Shown here one piece after another: positions 6,562 to 15,696 of a stretch of DNA of 20,000 bases. The position numbers were made by a program, and so were the translations under genes. The notes under the pieces are model-generated. The model was not told the origin of the DNA, ran no database searches, and was given only the letters and a program-made list of their open reading frames with translations. How positions within the stretch are numbered: the stretch's first letter is position 1; every line of letters starts with the position of its first letter. The stretch comes from an uncultured virus (IMG/VR IMGVR_UViG_3300043410_001952) (Duplodnaviria; Heunggongvirae; Uroviricota; Caudoviricetes): IMG/VR virus record IMGVR_UViG_3300043410_001952; one strand, 5' to 3'.

Positions 6562-7410
6562 TTATGCGTTTTTAATTGTTAATAAACCCCAAAGTATGCT
6601 AAAAGAACGTGTTGATTTTTCTTGCGTTTTTGGCTTTTTTTCAACTTTTGGCTTTTGTTTTAACTCATCTACTGTTTCGGTTAATTTGTCTACTATTTTG
6701 TTTTGGCTAAAAACAATTCCAACAAGTGCTTTAGTTACATTATCAAGTTTATCAATCGTTTTAATTTGTTCATCTTTTTTATCAAGTTGCATAGCTATAT
6801 TCCCAATGATAAGCGACTTTTCTGAATTGAGGTTCATTGCTTTAACTAACTCCTTTTCAACCTCTTTTACTTCAAAATTTTGAGCATAATCTAATTGGTG
6901 TTCTAAGTGTTTGTTTAATTTGTTAAGTCTTTCAATTTCAGATTTCAAATTTTCTATTTCACCTCTATCACATATCTCAATATCGCAAATTTCCACTGGT
7001 TTAAACGATGATTTTTCCATTTCATCATTTGATACGTCATCTTGTTCTTCCCATTTTTCTTCAAGAGGTGCTAAAAGTGGTGCGTTGGATTGTTTTTTTC
7101 TAAGTTTTGCTTTTTCGTTGTTCTTTTTGTTATAATCACGCAACTTTTCAATTAGTTTTTCAGCCATGTGAATATTTGGCTCAATTGTGTTCCAAATGTA
7201 GGCAACTCTTCTATTTTCAGTTTTATTAATTTTAATAATTCCTACATTTTTTAATATTGGAATCAAAGCTCTATGTATGCGTTCTTGATTTGCATAGTCA
7301 TAAATTAAAAAAGTATCGCCATATCTTGTGTATTCACGTATCTTTTTAAGACTTTCTAACATATTTTTGTTAGTAACCATTTTGTTATATCTTTTAATTG
7401 ATTTTGACAT
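6562..7410 (-). CDS. Hypothetical protein with C-terminal coiled coil
   Basis: 282-aa ORF; heptad-like region EIENLKSEIERLNKLNKHLEHQL. Confidence 0.8.
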   Translation of the reverse strand: MSKSIKRYNKMVTNKNMLESLKKIREYTRYGDTFLIYDYANQERIHRALIPILKNVGIIKINKTENRRVAYIWNTIEPNIHMAEKLIEKLRDYNKKNNEKAKLRKKQSNAPLLAPLEEKWEEQDDVSNDEMEKSSFKPVEICDIEICDRGEIENLKSEIERLNKLNKHLEHQLDYAQNFEVKEVEKELVKAMNLNSEKSLIIGNIAMQLDKKDEQIKTIDKLDNVTKALVGIVFSQNKIVDKLTETVDELKQKPKVEKKPKTQEKSTRSFSILWGLLTIKNA

Positions 7411-7436
7411 GATTATTTATTTTAGAAAGTGAATAA

Positions 7437-8003
7437 TTATTTAGCTGAATAAAACTTGCCTGTTTTAGAAACTGAATAAAACTTGCCTTTTTTGACTACT
7501 AATCCAGACTTAAACAAGTATGCAATAGTTCTTTTGTGCGCACCATAAACATCAAACTGCCATTTAGGTAGATTATCAGGAATCCCATCAGGAAACTTAA
7601 TTGCTAAATATTCTTTGCATAGGTTAATCCCCGAAATCTTATCATGTTTAGCGATTACACTATACAAAATATGTTGTTTTTCGGTGAGTGAGAATGTTGT
7701 ACCATCTTTAAAAACATCGAATTTTAATGGAGAATACACTCTGCTTTTAATTGTAGTGTTTAAAACATCTTTTGGAATTGGATTACTACCAATAACTATT
7801 TCATCAATAGGCATATCATCTCGTTCAACAAAAGGCATAAATTGAGGTTCTGGCGCATTACCATTAAGTATTGCTTTAACCTTATCTTCTTGTGGCTCTG
7901 GTTTTACTACTTTCATTGTTGGTGTTTGTAAAGGGGCAGTTACTTCCACCCCTTTTTTATTACCAAACAACCATTGCCAAATACTAATAAATACTTTTTT
8001 CAT
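7437..8003 (-). CDS. Hypothetical protein, possible C-terminal winged helix
   Basis: 188-aa ORF; LTEKQ..LY..I...L.K.GLV.K pattern; short terminal duplication GKFYS x2. Confidence 0.75.
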   Translation of the reverse strand: MKKVFISIWQWLFGNKKGVEVTAPLQTPTMKVVKPEPQEDKVKAILNGNAPEPQFMPFVERDDMPIDEIVIGSNPIPKDVLNTTIKSRVYSPLKFDVFKDGTTFSLTEKQHILYSVIAKHDKISGINLCKEYLAIKFPDGIPDNLPKWQFDVYGAHKRTIAYLFKSGLVVKKGKFYSVSKTGKFYSAK

Positions 8004-8024
8004 CTTGATTGTTTAAAATAGTTT

Positions 8025-8531
8025 TTAATACTCCGAATTAGCGTGAGTTTCTGTATCTTCTTCAACGCTTTCGATTGGTGTGCGAGATATTTCTTTGTCT
8101 AACTCTTCTTTGTAAGGGAATACATCTATAATTGGGCTTTCAACAACAGATATGATTTGATAATCAACCATCATAGTACTCAAACTTTCATTTGTGTTTT
8201 TTGTAGCATCATCAATATTGTTACCTTGTACCAAGAATTTTGTTGTGATTTTTTTAGCTTTTTCACCATCATCCGCAAAAGATACATACTGCACCTTTAC
8301 CTGATACCAACTTTGACAACCATCAATACCAAAAATATCGTGAAAATCAGCTCTTGTGATTGCTAAAACATGAAACTCACCTCTAATCATTGAACCAAGT
8401 TCTTCAAATGCTCGTGCTTCAGCATCTGTGAAACTTATTGCAGCGAATAAATTCGATTCGCTAACTCTTTTGAAAGTACCATTTTCTAATTGTTTAGTGT
8501 ACTTCACTTTTACGTTAAACCAATTGTTCAT
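8025..8531 (-). CDS. DUF4494-family protein (Bacteroidota-typical)
   Basis: WF.VKVKY.K..ENG..K.V.E....A.SFT.AEAR; WY..KV; DY.I.SV.E..I.DVFPY. Confidence 0.85.
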   Translation of the reverse strand: MNNWFNVKVKYTKQLENGTFKRVSESNLFAAISFTDAEARAFEELGSMIRGEFHVLAITRADFHDIFGIDGCQSWYQVKVQYVSFADDGEKAKKITTKFLVQGNNIDDATKNTNESLSTMMVDYQIISVVESPIIDVFPYKEELDKEISRTPIESVEEDTETHANSEY

Positions 8532-8544
8532 TTTTATTTTGATT

Positions 8545-8886
8545 TTAATTGTTACTTGTTATTTTTTTTATGTACTCATCCCACCCAAGTTTTTTAGCAT
8601 GGTAAGCTACTTTTAATGTATGACCTACCATAGCTCCTGTTTGACTGCCAGATTGTTCTTGGTTTTCTTCATTTAGGCACATATATTCAATCATAGGCTT
8701 TACAGCTTTATCGCCAATTGTTACACCTCCTAATGATATTTTATCGAATATATTTGGGTTTTCATCAAGGTATTTAACACCTCGAACTACCATCCTTTGG
8801 CATTCTAATTCATAATCACATGGGTTTTTTTCATCTTCTGAAAATCCACTTAAAAAATCACCCACTGGGTATTTATACTCACTCAT
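8545..8886 (-). CDS. Hypothetical protein
   Basis: 113-aa ORF in operon. Confidence 0.75.
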   Translation of the reverse strand: MSEYKYPVGDFLSGFSEDEKNPCDYELECQRMVVRGVKYLDENPNIFDKISLGGVTIGDKAVKPMIEYMCLNEENQEQSGSQTGAMVGHTLKVAYHAKKLGWDEYIKKITSNN

Positions 8887-8906
8887 TTTTATTTGATTTT
8901 AGATTG

Positions 8907-9167
8907 TTACTTAACTTCAAAGTAGTTTGCTTCGAATATTTGTGGCTTTACTGCGTAAAACTCATCGAAGTTACCATGCACTACATAATCCCCATGTTTA
9001 ACCATGTGTTCGCCTTCAAGCGTTTGAATTATTATTAAACCCTCAGAATGTATTACTCGGTGTGGGAAAACGTTTATAAACGCACTTACATCATCAATGT
9101 TAGTTGTTAGAAACTGCATTGCTTCAATTGTAACAGGCTTTTTTTGATACTTTTTTGGTTTTTCCAT
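8907..9167 (-). CDS. Conserved phage protein (KKPV.IEA.Q / TLEG...GDY family)
   Basis: YQKKPVTIEAMQF...IQTLEGEH.V..GDYVV.G..EFYAVKP.IF..Y. Confidence 0.85.
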   Translation of the reverse strand: MEKPKKYQKKPVTIEAMQFLTTNIDDVSAFINVFPHRVIHSEGLIIIQTLEGEHMVKHGDYVVHGNFDEFYAVKPQIFEANYFEVK

Positions 9168-9169
9168 AC

Positions 9170-9382
9170 TTATTTATTTTCTAATTCAACTACTCGTAAC
9201 GCATAATTTTTACCTTGATAATTAAATCTAAGTTCTTCATCAAGTTGTAATAAGTGTTGTGCAACTGCTCCAACTGCTGTTTCCGTTACATTATGTTTTT
9301 TACCCCATAAACCAGTTTTCGACACTGTTCCTGCGTAAATTTCACTTGTTATAGGTGAGCATCCTACTTTAAAATTACTCAT
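9170..9382 (-). CDS. Hypothetical phage protein
   Basis: 70-aa ORF; GCSPIT..IYAG...K..VT..A..AVA motif. Confidence 0.75.
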   Translation of the reverse strand: MSNFKVGCSPITSEIYAGTVSKTGLWGKKHNVTETAVGAVAQHLLQLDEELRFNYQGKNYALRVVELENK

Positions 9383-9401
9383 GCTTATTTATTTTAGATT
9401 A

Positions 9402-9683
9402 TTAAATATCAAAATCTTTTAATTCTTGTTCAGTTAATGGTTTATCACGCATTTCCCAAGTAATGCTATTAAACAATATGCCTTCATGTATTGTAGGCTT
9501 CATGTATCGAACCTTGTCTTTAATTGCTTTTCGTTGTTGAAGTCTTGGTAGCACCATTGATTTAAAAATCATTGCGATAGTCCAGATTAGTGCTTTTTGC
9601 CACCATTTTAGTTTTTTTTCAATTGGTTCTGCTTCTTCGTATAAATCAAAGTAATTCATGTTATTTATTTTCAATAATTTCAA
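9402..9683 (-). CDS. Hypothetical protein (start probably MNYFD at 9659)
   Basis: ORF in operon with one hydrophobic stretch. Confidence 0.65.
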   Translation of the reverse strand: MKLLKINNMNYFDLYEEAEPIEKKLKWWQKALIWTIAMIFKSMVLPRLQQRKAIKDKVRYMKPTIHEGILFNSITWEMRDKPLTEQELKDFDI

Positions 9684-10074
9684 TTAGTTTTTCAAGACAA
9701 GCAAGTTCAGCTTCTTCGTAGATGTATGTCTTATAACACTTACTTTTCTTGAATGATTCCGTCTTTTCTAATGATTCCCATTTTACATTTTTAATAGTAA
9801 ACCTGTTTATTTCTTTACCATTTATGTAAAGGATATAAGAATCCAATATGTCATAATTTAATTTTAAACAAGACTGTAGATTATACTTCTCTCTAAACCA
9901 TCTAAATGCTTGTGAGTATGTTGGTGCTATAATATCTCCCTTAACATCACCCCATAAAACAGAATCAAGCAAAGTGGTTAATTTACAATCTATATATGAA
10001 GCAAAACAAGGCTCATCAAATCCAAGTTCTTCGAGTTTAACCGCTAACTTATAAGGTACAAATTCTGATTTCAT
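9661..10074 (-). CDS. Conserved Bacteroidota-phage hypothetical protein
   Basis: EFVPY.LA..L.ELGFDEPC...APTYSQAFRWFREKY...YEEAELACL.KLIEI. Confidence 0.8.
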   Translation of the reverse strand: MKSEFVPYKLAVKLEELGFDEPCFASYIDCKLTTLLDSVLWGDVKGDIIAPTYSQAFRWFREKYNLQSCLKLNYDILDSYILYINGKEINRFTIKNVKWESLEKTESFKKSKCYKTYIYEEAELACLEKLIEIIENK

Positions 10075-10076
10075 AC

Positions 10077-10364
10077 TTATTTGTTTTTTAGTGTTTCAAT
10101 TTGCATGTTTATCCATTCAACTCTTGGTGATATTAAACCTACTTCCCAACTAAATGTATAAGTTCTTTTTGGTATATTTTCTCTTAAATACGAACGGAGT
10201 AATTTGCATTCTTTGTTAGTTATCAAATCTTTATTCATAACTTCCATAATCCAAGCACATAATCCATTCTTAAATAACTGTTTGTTTTCAAGCAACACCT
10301 CAAACAATTCGATTGTTGTTGCACGTTTGAATAGCCCAAACCAATTATACAATTTTCGTTTCAT
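10077..10364 (-). CDS. Hypothetical protein
   Basis: 95-aa ORF coupled by TAAGTATG junctions. Confidence 0.75.
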   Translation of the reverse strand: MKRKLYNWFGLFKRATTIELFEVLLENKQLFKNGLCAWIMEVMNKDLITNKECKLLRSYLRENIPKRTYTFSWEVGLISPRVEWINMQIETLKNK

Positions 10365-10366
10365 AC

Positions 10367-10498
10367 TTATTTATTTTTGGTAAATATAACATTTGTTGTA
10401 TGATTGTACAATAATTCATCAATCTTTTTTTTATTGCCATTCTTATCTACTGAATAAACCTGCGTGTATTCCTTAGTCTTCTTGCGTTTTCGCTTCAT
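10367..10498 (-). CDS. 43-aa basic hypothetical protein
   Basis: MKRKRKKTKEYTQ...FTKNK*; ends in the recurrent junction motif. Confidence 0.55.
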   Translation of the reverse strand: MKRKRKKTKEYTQVYSVDKNGNKKKIDELLYNHTTNVIFTKNK

Positions 10499-10949
10499 CT
10501 CTTTGCTTGTAAATAAACACCTCCTCAACAGGTCTTTGAAGTGCATTGGCAATTTTTATGGCTATGGGCAATGAAATTGAACGCCTTTGACCATTTATAA
10601 TTCGTGATAAGTGAGCAGAATCTCCATCAAGTGCTATATCCGCTAACTCTGCTTGTGACATCTCCAATTCCTCAAGAATAATGCGTATTTTATTGCTGTG
10701 TAATTTTTCCTTTGGTTTTCTTTCCTTTACTTCCTTCATAATCTTTGTTTTTTTTGTGTTAAAGTCAAGCGTGTAATTCACGCATATTGTTATTTGATTG
10801 CTGTTGTAGTGTTTTATATTTCCATTTTCAACATTTGCACATACCCATATAGTATTTTGATGTATGCCATAATCAATGATGAAAAGCACTTGTGATATTC
10901 CATGTGGCGTATTAACATACATTACATTATTCAACTCACATATACCCAT
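10473..10949 (-). CDS. XRE-family HTH protein (internal start at 10739) in frame with an upstream ~70-aa phage domain
   Basis: NKIRIILEELEMSQAELA...HLSRIING...SL..A.KIA.AL..PVEEVF. Confidence 0.85.
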   Translation of the reverse strand: MGICELNNVMYVNTPHGISQVLFIIDYGIHQNTIWVCANVENGNIKHYNSNQITICVNYTLDFNTKKTKIMKEVKERKPKEKLHSNKIRIILEELEMSQAELADIALDGDSAHLSRIINGQRRSISLPIAIKIANALQRPVEEVFIYKQRDEAKTQED

Positions 10950-10953
10950 GATG

Positions 10954-11532
10954 CTATTTTTTATCTATTTGTTCAAGAATATACAAACCAGTGCTTTCAT
11001 GCTTACGACTATCAATTACACCTCCAATAAAATCTTTTATGCGTTCAATCTCCTTTTCATCGAATCCTGATAGTATAATGCCTTTGTCATCTTTTAATTT
11101 TAAAGATGTGTGATTTTCAAAGTCAATGTAGTAGAAATGCTTATCAATGTTTATATTCTTGGATAAAGACTTAGATTTGAATTTTATTGCAGTATCTAAT
11201 TCGTTAACAATTCTTTTAAAAGATTTGTCGCTATCGCATAAATTCATAACAGTTCGTTCAGCGTGTAACACTGTTGCGTGGTTTTTATTTGCATAATATC
11301 TACCAATCCCCTCTTGAGTTAATGATGTGTATTTGCGTAAAAAATACATACCTACTTGGCGAGGAATAACGTAATTAGGTTTCCTGCTTTTTATTGTCAT
11401 GTATTCATCATTTGGCAAATCGTAACAATTCTTTATTAACAAAAAAATATACTCCGCAATCCGATTGTTAGTAATCTGCTTGGAGTTTGTGAATGGCGAG
11501 TTCAAGATATGCTCTACTTTCTCGGGTGTCAT
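10954..11532 (-). CDS. DnaA C-terminal (domain IV) HTH-containing protein
   Basis: SRK...VIPRQVGMYFLRKYTSLTQEGIG......HATVLHA...V; no AAA+ domain; start taken at MTPEK. Confidence 0.85.
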   Translation of the reverse strand: MTPEKVEHILNSPFTNSKQITNNRIAEYIFLLIKNCYDLPNDEYMTIKSRKPNYVIPRQVGMYFLRKYTSLTQEGIGRYYANKNHATVLHAERTVMNLCDSDKSFKRIVNELDTAIKFKSKSLSKNINIDKHFYYIDFENHTSLKLKDDKGIILSGFDEKEIERIKDFIGGVIDSRKHESTGLYILEQIDKK

Positions 11533-11542
11533 GTTTGTTTGT

Positions 11543-13054
11543 TTAAAACGGTACATCTTCTTTTGTTTCATTATCAAAACTATCATTTATAGGTAAAGGT
11601 GTAAAACCTGTTTGTTCAAATTCATTGTTTTGTTGCGCAAATGTACAACTTTTCTTTGAATCATCACTACTTTGTGGTATGTGTTTTTGAGAAAATTCAT
11701 GATTAGTGACTTTTGTTTGCTCATGAATGAACCTTAATGGTATTTCACCAAGTTCGCCATTACGATGTTTTGCAATGATTAACATAAATAATCCATCAGT
11801 GCTAAAATCTTGACCTCCTACATAGTATTCACTCACACCATAATACTCTGGGCGATAACAAAACAAAACCATATCTGCATCTTGTTCTATCTGACCCGAT
11901 TCACGTAAATCTTGAAGCATGGGTTTTTTATCTCCTCCTCTTGATTCAACTGTTCTGCTTAACTGCGAAAGTGCAATAATGGGTACGTTTAACTCTTTTG
12001 CCAACGCTTTTAACCCACGACTTATCTCGGCTATCTCTTGCTCCCTACTTTGAGTTTTAGTTCCACTTCGCATCAGTTGCAAGTAATCAATTACAACGAG
12101 CTGTATTCCATTTTCTTTTTTGAGTTTTCGACATTTACCTTTTAAGTCAAGAAGTGATATGTTTGGAGTGTCATCAATGTAAATAGGCATCGTTGATAAT
12201 GGCTTGGCTCTGCCTTGAATCATTAAAATATCTTCTTCGCTTAATTGTTTCTTTACAATTTTCGAAACATTTACCCCACTCAATGAAGATTGAAGCCTTG
12301 AAACCAATTGCTCGTTTGACATCTCAAGTGAAAAAATAGCAACTGGCATATTAAACTCTAAAGTTGGTGCAATACACATTGAAACTGCCACTGCGGTTTT
12401 CCCCATGCCTGGTCTACCTGCCAAAATAATTAAATCAGAACTTTGCCAACCATTTGTAACATTGTCAAGCATCCACAATCCAGTAGGAACTCCTGATTTT
12501 TGTTTGGTGTCAAGTAGTTTAATTGACTTTTTTATAATGTCCTCGTGTATTTGTCCAACATTTTTTATTTCGTAATTGACAACGCTTTTGATTGCGTTAT
12601 CCATATCGCTTTGTGTTTGTTCAAAGACATCAAAAATATCTTTAGTTTCATCAAACGAATTTTGCACTGCGTTTCCGCCAATTTTTATCAAGTTACGTCT
12701 TAAAGCCTCCTCTTGTAGTATTCTAACATGGTAATCAATATTTGAAGTTTGCGCAACATTTTGAGTTAATTTAGATATGTAAGGTATTCCACCTGCTTTA
12801 GCAATACTATCGCTTTCCTTTAGCTTATTGACAAGCGTTACAAGGTCAATTGCAATATTTGTTTTGTAAAGTTCAATGATGGCTTTGGCAATTGTTATGT
12901 TTTCTCCTTTGAAAAATAGATTGATTGAAAAATCTGAAATAATCCTATCAATTACTGTGCTTTCAATAAGTATTGAACCTAATACTATTTCTTCTACTTC
13001 AACTGCTGATGGTGGTGGTGTTTGTTTGCTTTTAGTGTTTTTTTCTTCTGACAT
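11543..13054 (-). CDS. dnaB: Replicative DNA helicase DnaB
   Basis: LAGRPGMGKT, FSLEMS, IDYLQLM, LSQLSR, DLRESGQIEQDAD, AKHRNG. Confidence 0.97.
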   Translation of the reverse strand: MSEEKNTKSKQTPPPSAVEVEEIVLGSILIESTVIDRIISDFSINLFFKGENITIAKAIIELYKTNIAIDLVTLVNKLKESDSIAKAGGIPYISKLTQNVAQTSNIDYHVRILQEEALRRNLIKIGGNAVQNSFDETKDIFDVFEQTQSDMDNAIKSVVNYEIKNVGQIHEDIIKKSIKLLDTKQKSGVPTGLWMLDNVTNGWQSSDLIILAGRPGMGKTAVAVSMCIAPTLEFNMPVAIFSLEMSNEQLVSRLQSSLSGVNVSKIVKKQLSEEDILMIQGRAKPLSTMPIYIDDTPNISLLDLKGKCRKLKKENGIQLVVIDYLQLMRSGTKTQSREQEIAEISRGLKALAKELNVPIIALSQLSRTVESRGGDKKPMLQDLRESGQIEQDADMVLFCYRPEYYGVSEYYVGGQDFSTDGLFMLIIAKHRNGELGEIPLRFIHEQTKVTNHEFSQKHIPQSSDDSKKSCTFAQQNNEFEQTGFTPLPINDSFDNETKEDVPF

Positions 13055-13338
13055 TACAAAATTATTTTAATACCCAACTCTCTTGCTAATTGCATTTCAA
13101 TTCTTGCGCCCCTTGAATCATTCCAATTAGGTAGTGGGTGTATTAAATCACATCCTACTAATTCAAAAACACAGTCTTTCATGTAAGATTCCCATGTTTT
13201 ATCGTGATTGTGTGGTAGTTTCATTGGATTAACAACTTGATAGCCTTTTTTAATCAACTTTTGCTCGGCTTCTTCAAACAAGGCGTAAGCGTAATCTTCA
13301 ATACCTGATATTTTACCTGCGATATATACTTTTTTCAT
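13054..13338 (-). CDS. DUF4406 / nucleoside 2-deoxyribosyltransferase-like protein
   Basis: KVYIAGKISG...F..AE..L...G..VVNP...W..YM..C...L..CD....L..W..S.GA..E. Confidence 0.85.
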   Translation of the reverse strand: MKKVYIAGKISGIEDYAYALFEEAEQKLIKKGYQVVNPMKLPHNHDKTWESYMKDCVFELVGCDLIHPLPNWNDSRGARIEMQLARELGIKIIL

Positions 13339-13340
13339 GG

Positions 13341-13559
13341 TTAGATTTTTTCAATTTCGTCTTTAACATTTCCCCAATATTCAAAATGATATTCTCTTTC
13401 ATAAATATCAAATACATTTTTATCTTGATTTAATATTTCATCTACTGCTATCAATGCGCATTTTTTGGCGTTTTTGTTATCTAAATTGTCTTCTCCATTC
13501 CAAGTGTGTTTCCGAAATTTATCAACTAACTCTTTTGCTTTTTTCTTTGGTGTTTTCAT
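13341..13559 (-). CDS. Small phage protein, paralog of 13562-13774
   Basis: TPK.KA.ELV...AKKCALIAVDEI...YW..VK.EIEK. Confidence 0.8.
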   Translation of the reverse strand: MKTPKKKAKELVDKFRKHTWNGEDNLDNKNAKKCALIAVDEILNQDKNVFDIYEREYHFEYWGNVKDEIEKI

Positions 13560-13561
13560 GC

Positions 13562-13774
13562 TTACAATATTTTTACTTCACGTTCTACACTTTGCCAAAA
13601 TTCATCTCTTTTCTCCGAATGGCTATTTTGTTGTAATTTTTTTACTGCAACTAAAGCGCATTTTTTGGCAATGATTGTACATAATATTTCGTTGCCACAA
13701 TCCGTATCTTCGTTCATCAATAACATTCGGTATTCATTGACTAAATCTTCTGCTTCTTTTTGTGGGGCTTTCAT
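13562..13774 (-). CDS. Small phage protein, paralog of 13341-13559
   Basis: APQKEAEDLV...AKKCALVAV...FWQSV..EV. Confidence 0.8.
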   Translation of the reverse strand: MKAPQKEAEDLVNEYRMLLMNEDTDCGNEILCTIIAKKCALVAVKKLQQNSHSEKRDEFWQSVEREVKIL

Positions 13775-14196
13775 GGTTTTGTAATTTTTAATTCTTCTCC
13801 AATAAGTGCAAAATATAGGTTTTGAAGTTGGTGAACATATTTAGGTGATTCTTCTAAAATAGCCCAAGAATTAAAATAAGTTCTACCTTTTTTATGATAC
13901 TCTAATTCATTTGCTATTTGTATTGTTAATTTTTCTTTGTCAAATTGGCTACTTGTTTTTGATTTCTCAAACCCAAACTTCAACAACCATTCTTCAGTGA
14001 GTGGGATTCCTTCAAAATTGACAAATACTTCTATATCTTCATCAGATTCAACGTAAATAGGATAATCTCCCATACTACCATCATCAAGAGTTGTCACTGT
14101 ACAAATAGTTTTTAGTTCATCTTGCTCATCTTCATCACCATATTTATAATAAAATCCATTTATAAAATTCCCAATTCTTAATTCACTTGCTTTCAT
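13771..14196 (-). CDS. YopX-like Bacteroidota phage protein, paralog of 15101-15463
   Basis: MKASELRIGN...IPLTEEWLLKFGFEK...KYVHQLQNLYFAL.GEEL. Confidence 0.8.
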   Translation of the reverse strand: MKASELRIGNFINGFYYKYGDEDEQDELKTICTVTTLDDGSMGDYPIYVESDEDIEVFVNFEGIPLTEEWLLKFGFEKSKTSSQFDKEKLTIQIANELEYHKKGRTYFNSWAILEESPKYVHQLQNLYFALIGEELKITKP

Positions 14197-14551
14197 TACA
14201 CCCATTATTAAATTCGACAAAATAACTATTCATTTTTTCTTGAATTTCATCCATAAGTTTTCTGACGATTTTGCCATTCGAATATTTATCATGCTCCATC
14301 ATTTTTGTAGATGGGAAATTCAAAGTAAAATGAAAACGTGAGCCATTTTTATCCCACCCAGAAAGAGTGCTTGTGTTTTCTAATTTATGCGAAAGGCTTT
14401 GATGCCCATAAGTCACATAAGTATCTTCAATTTCTTCAAGTGCCACTATATCTACACCTTGTTTTTCCCAAACATCAAAATCGTGAATTGCTGTTGCATA
14501 CTTTTTATTGAAAAATGGAACTGCTTCTTTTTTTAATCTATACTTTTTCAT
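14183..14551 (-). CDS. Hypothetical protein
   Basis: 122-aa ORF in operon. Confidence 0.75.
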   Translation of the reverse strand: MKKYRLKKEAVPFFNKKYATAIHDFDVWEKQGVDIVALEEIEDTYVTYGHQSLSHKLENTSTLSGWDKNGSRFHFTLNFPSTKMMEHDKYSNGKIVRKLMDEIQEKMNSYFVEFNNGCNESK

Positions 14552-14576
14552 ATTGTTTTTTTTTTAGTTTTAATTT

Positions 14577-14681
14577 TTACCAACGAAAGCCATTAAAGGC
14601 ATAAATCCAAAATGCTATAAATGAACAAGCAAAAATGATTGTACCAATAAACTCTATAATATCTTCGGGGTCTTTTTTCAT
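14577..14681 (-). CDS. 34-aa membrane peptide
   Basis: MKKDPEDIIEFIGTIIFACSFIAFWIYAFNGFRW*. Confidence 0.55.
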   Translation of the reverse strand: MKKDPEDIIEFIGTIIFACSFIAFWIYAFNGFRW

Positions 14682-14695
14682 GTTTTTATTACTTG

Positions 14696-14929
14696 TTAAT
14701 AATCTTCTCTAAAAAATTGCCATGTTGCAATTTCACTATCATCAGGAAGCGATAGCAAACCAAGTGAAAAACTTTCTCCAAAACAATTTACTTTTCTATT
14801 TTCACAATCTATATTGCAAAAACCTGCGCTAATTGGATTTCTATCTTCAAAACTATTGTGTTGAATAATCTCTGGGAAAATTATGATTGAATCATACTCT
14901 GCTAATCTAACATACTTTAATCGTGCCAT
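14696..14929 (-). CDS. Conserved phage hypothetical protein
   Basis: KYV....IIIFP..I.H......SAGF......CFGES.SL.L.S...D. Confidence 0.8.
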   Translation of the reverse strand: MARLKYVRLAEYDSIIIFPEIIQHNSFEDRNPISAGFCNIDCENRKVNCFGESFSLGLLSLPDDSEIATWQFFREDY

Positions 14930-14930
14930 A

Positions 14931-15104
14931 CTATTTTTTGTTTTCTGAATGATAAACTACTGCACAAAATATTCCTGAAGTCAATGCAAAAAACTCAGTC
15001 ATTACTTTTGAGCCTATTGTCTGACTATAAAATCCACCCATGATGTAGATAGATAACAGGTTTATAAATAAAAACACTGCAAAAAATATTAATATTGCTT
15101 TCAT
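14931..15104 (-). CDS. 57-aa two-TM membrane protein
   Basis: MKAILIFFAVFLFINLLSIYIMGG...FFALTSGIFCAVVYHSENKK*; ATGA overlap with the upstream gene. Confidence 0.65.
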   Translation of the reverse strand: MKAILIFFAVFLFINLLSIYIMGGFYSQTIGSKVMTEFFALTSGIFCAVVYHSENKK

Positions 15105-15463
15105 ACTATTTCTGATTTAATAATTAACTCTTCACCTGTTAGTGCAAAATATAGGTTTTGAAGTTGGTGGACGTATTTGATAGAAATAAATACATTAAAA
15201 TTTACTCTTTTTACAAAATCTACGATATTATACACTAAATCATATTGGATTAAGATTTTTCCAGCAAGAATAAAATATATATTATTTATACACCCTTCTT
15301 TCTTCTCAAACCCAAATTTCAACAACCATTCTTCGGTTATTGGAATTGGTTTACACCAAGTTTTTTCAGCAATCCAAACCTCTTCAATAGTGTTTGGTGT
15401 AACTTGTTTTGGCTTTCCATTATAGTCATACCAACTTCCAATTCTTAATTCATTTGCTTTCAT
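15101..15463 (-). CDS. YopX-like Bacteroidota phage protein, paralog of 13771-14196
   Basis: MKANELRIG...PIPITEEWLLKFGFEK...KYVHQLQNLYFALTGEEL. Confidence 0.8.
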   Translation of the reverse strand: MKANELRIGSWYDYNGKPKQVTPNTIEEVWIAEKTWCKPIPITEEWLLKFGFEKKEGCINNIYFILAGKILIQYDLVYNIVDFVKRVNFNVFISIKYVHQLQNLYFALTGEELIIKSEIV

Positions 15464-15464
15464 A

Positions 15465-15695
15465 CTACTTAATGTTTTCTAATGGATAACTGTTTAGGAT
15501 TGAATCTTTGTCAATCCAAACTTGCTCAATATGTTCTTGACCATCTGTATAATAGTCTGCACCTTCACTTGCAGCTTTCAATGCAGCTTCTACATGAAGT
15601 TTAGCAAATTCAATCATCATTTCTGTTGATGTTGTTTCTTCATTTAATGATAGCATTTTATCAAATAACTCTTTTGCTGTTGGTGTCTGTGCCAT
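15465..15695 (-). CDS. Conserved Bacteroidota-phage small protein
   Basis: PTA.E.....MIEFAKLHVEAALKAASE...IDKDSILNSYPLENIK; start taken at MAQTP. Confidence 0.8.
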   Translation of the reverse strand: MAQTPTAKELFDKMLSLNEETTSTEMMIEFAKLHVEAALKAASEGADYYTDGQEHIEQVWIDKDSILNSYPLENIK

Positions 15696-15696
15696 A

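Noticed and set aside
11543..13054. Intein or intron in DnaB
   Set aside because: The length (503 aa) and contiguous helicase motifs leave no insertion.
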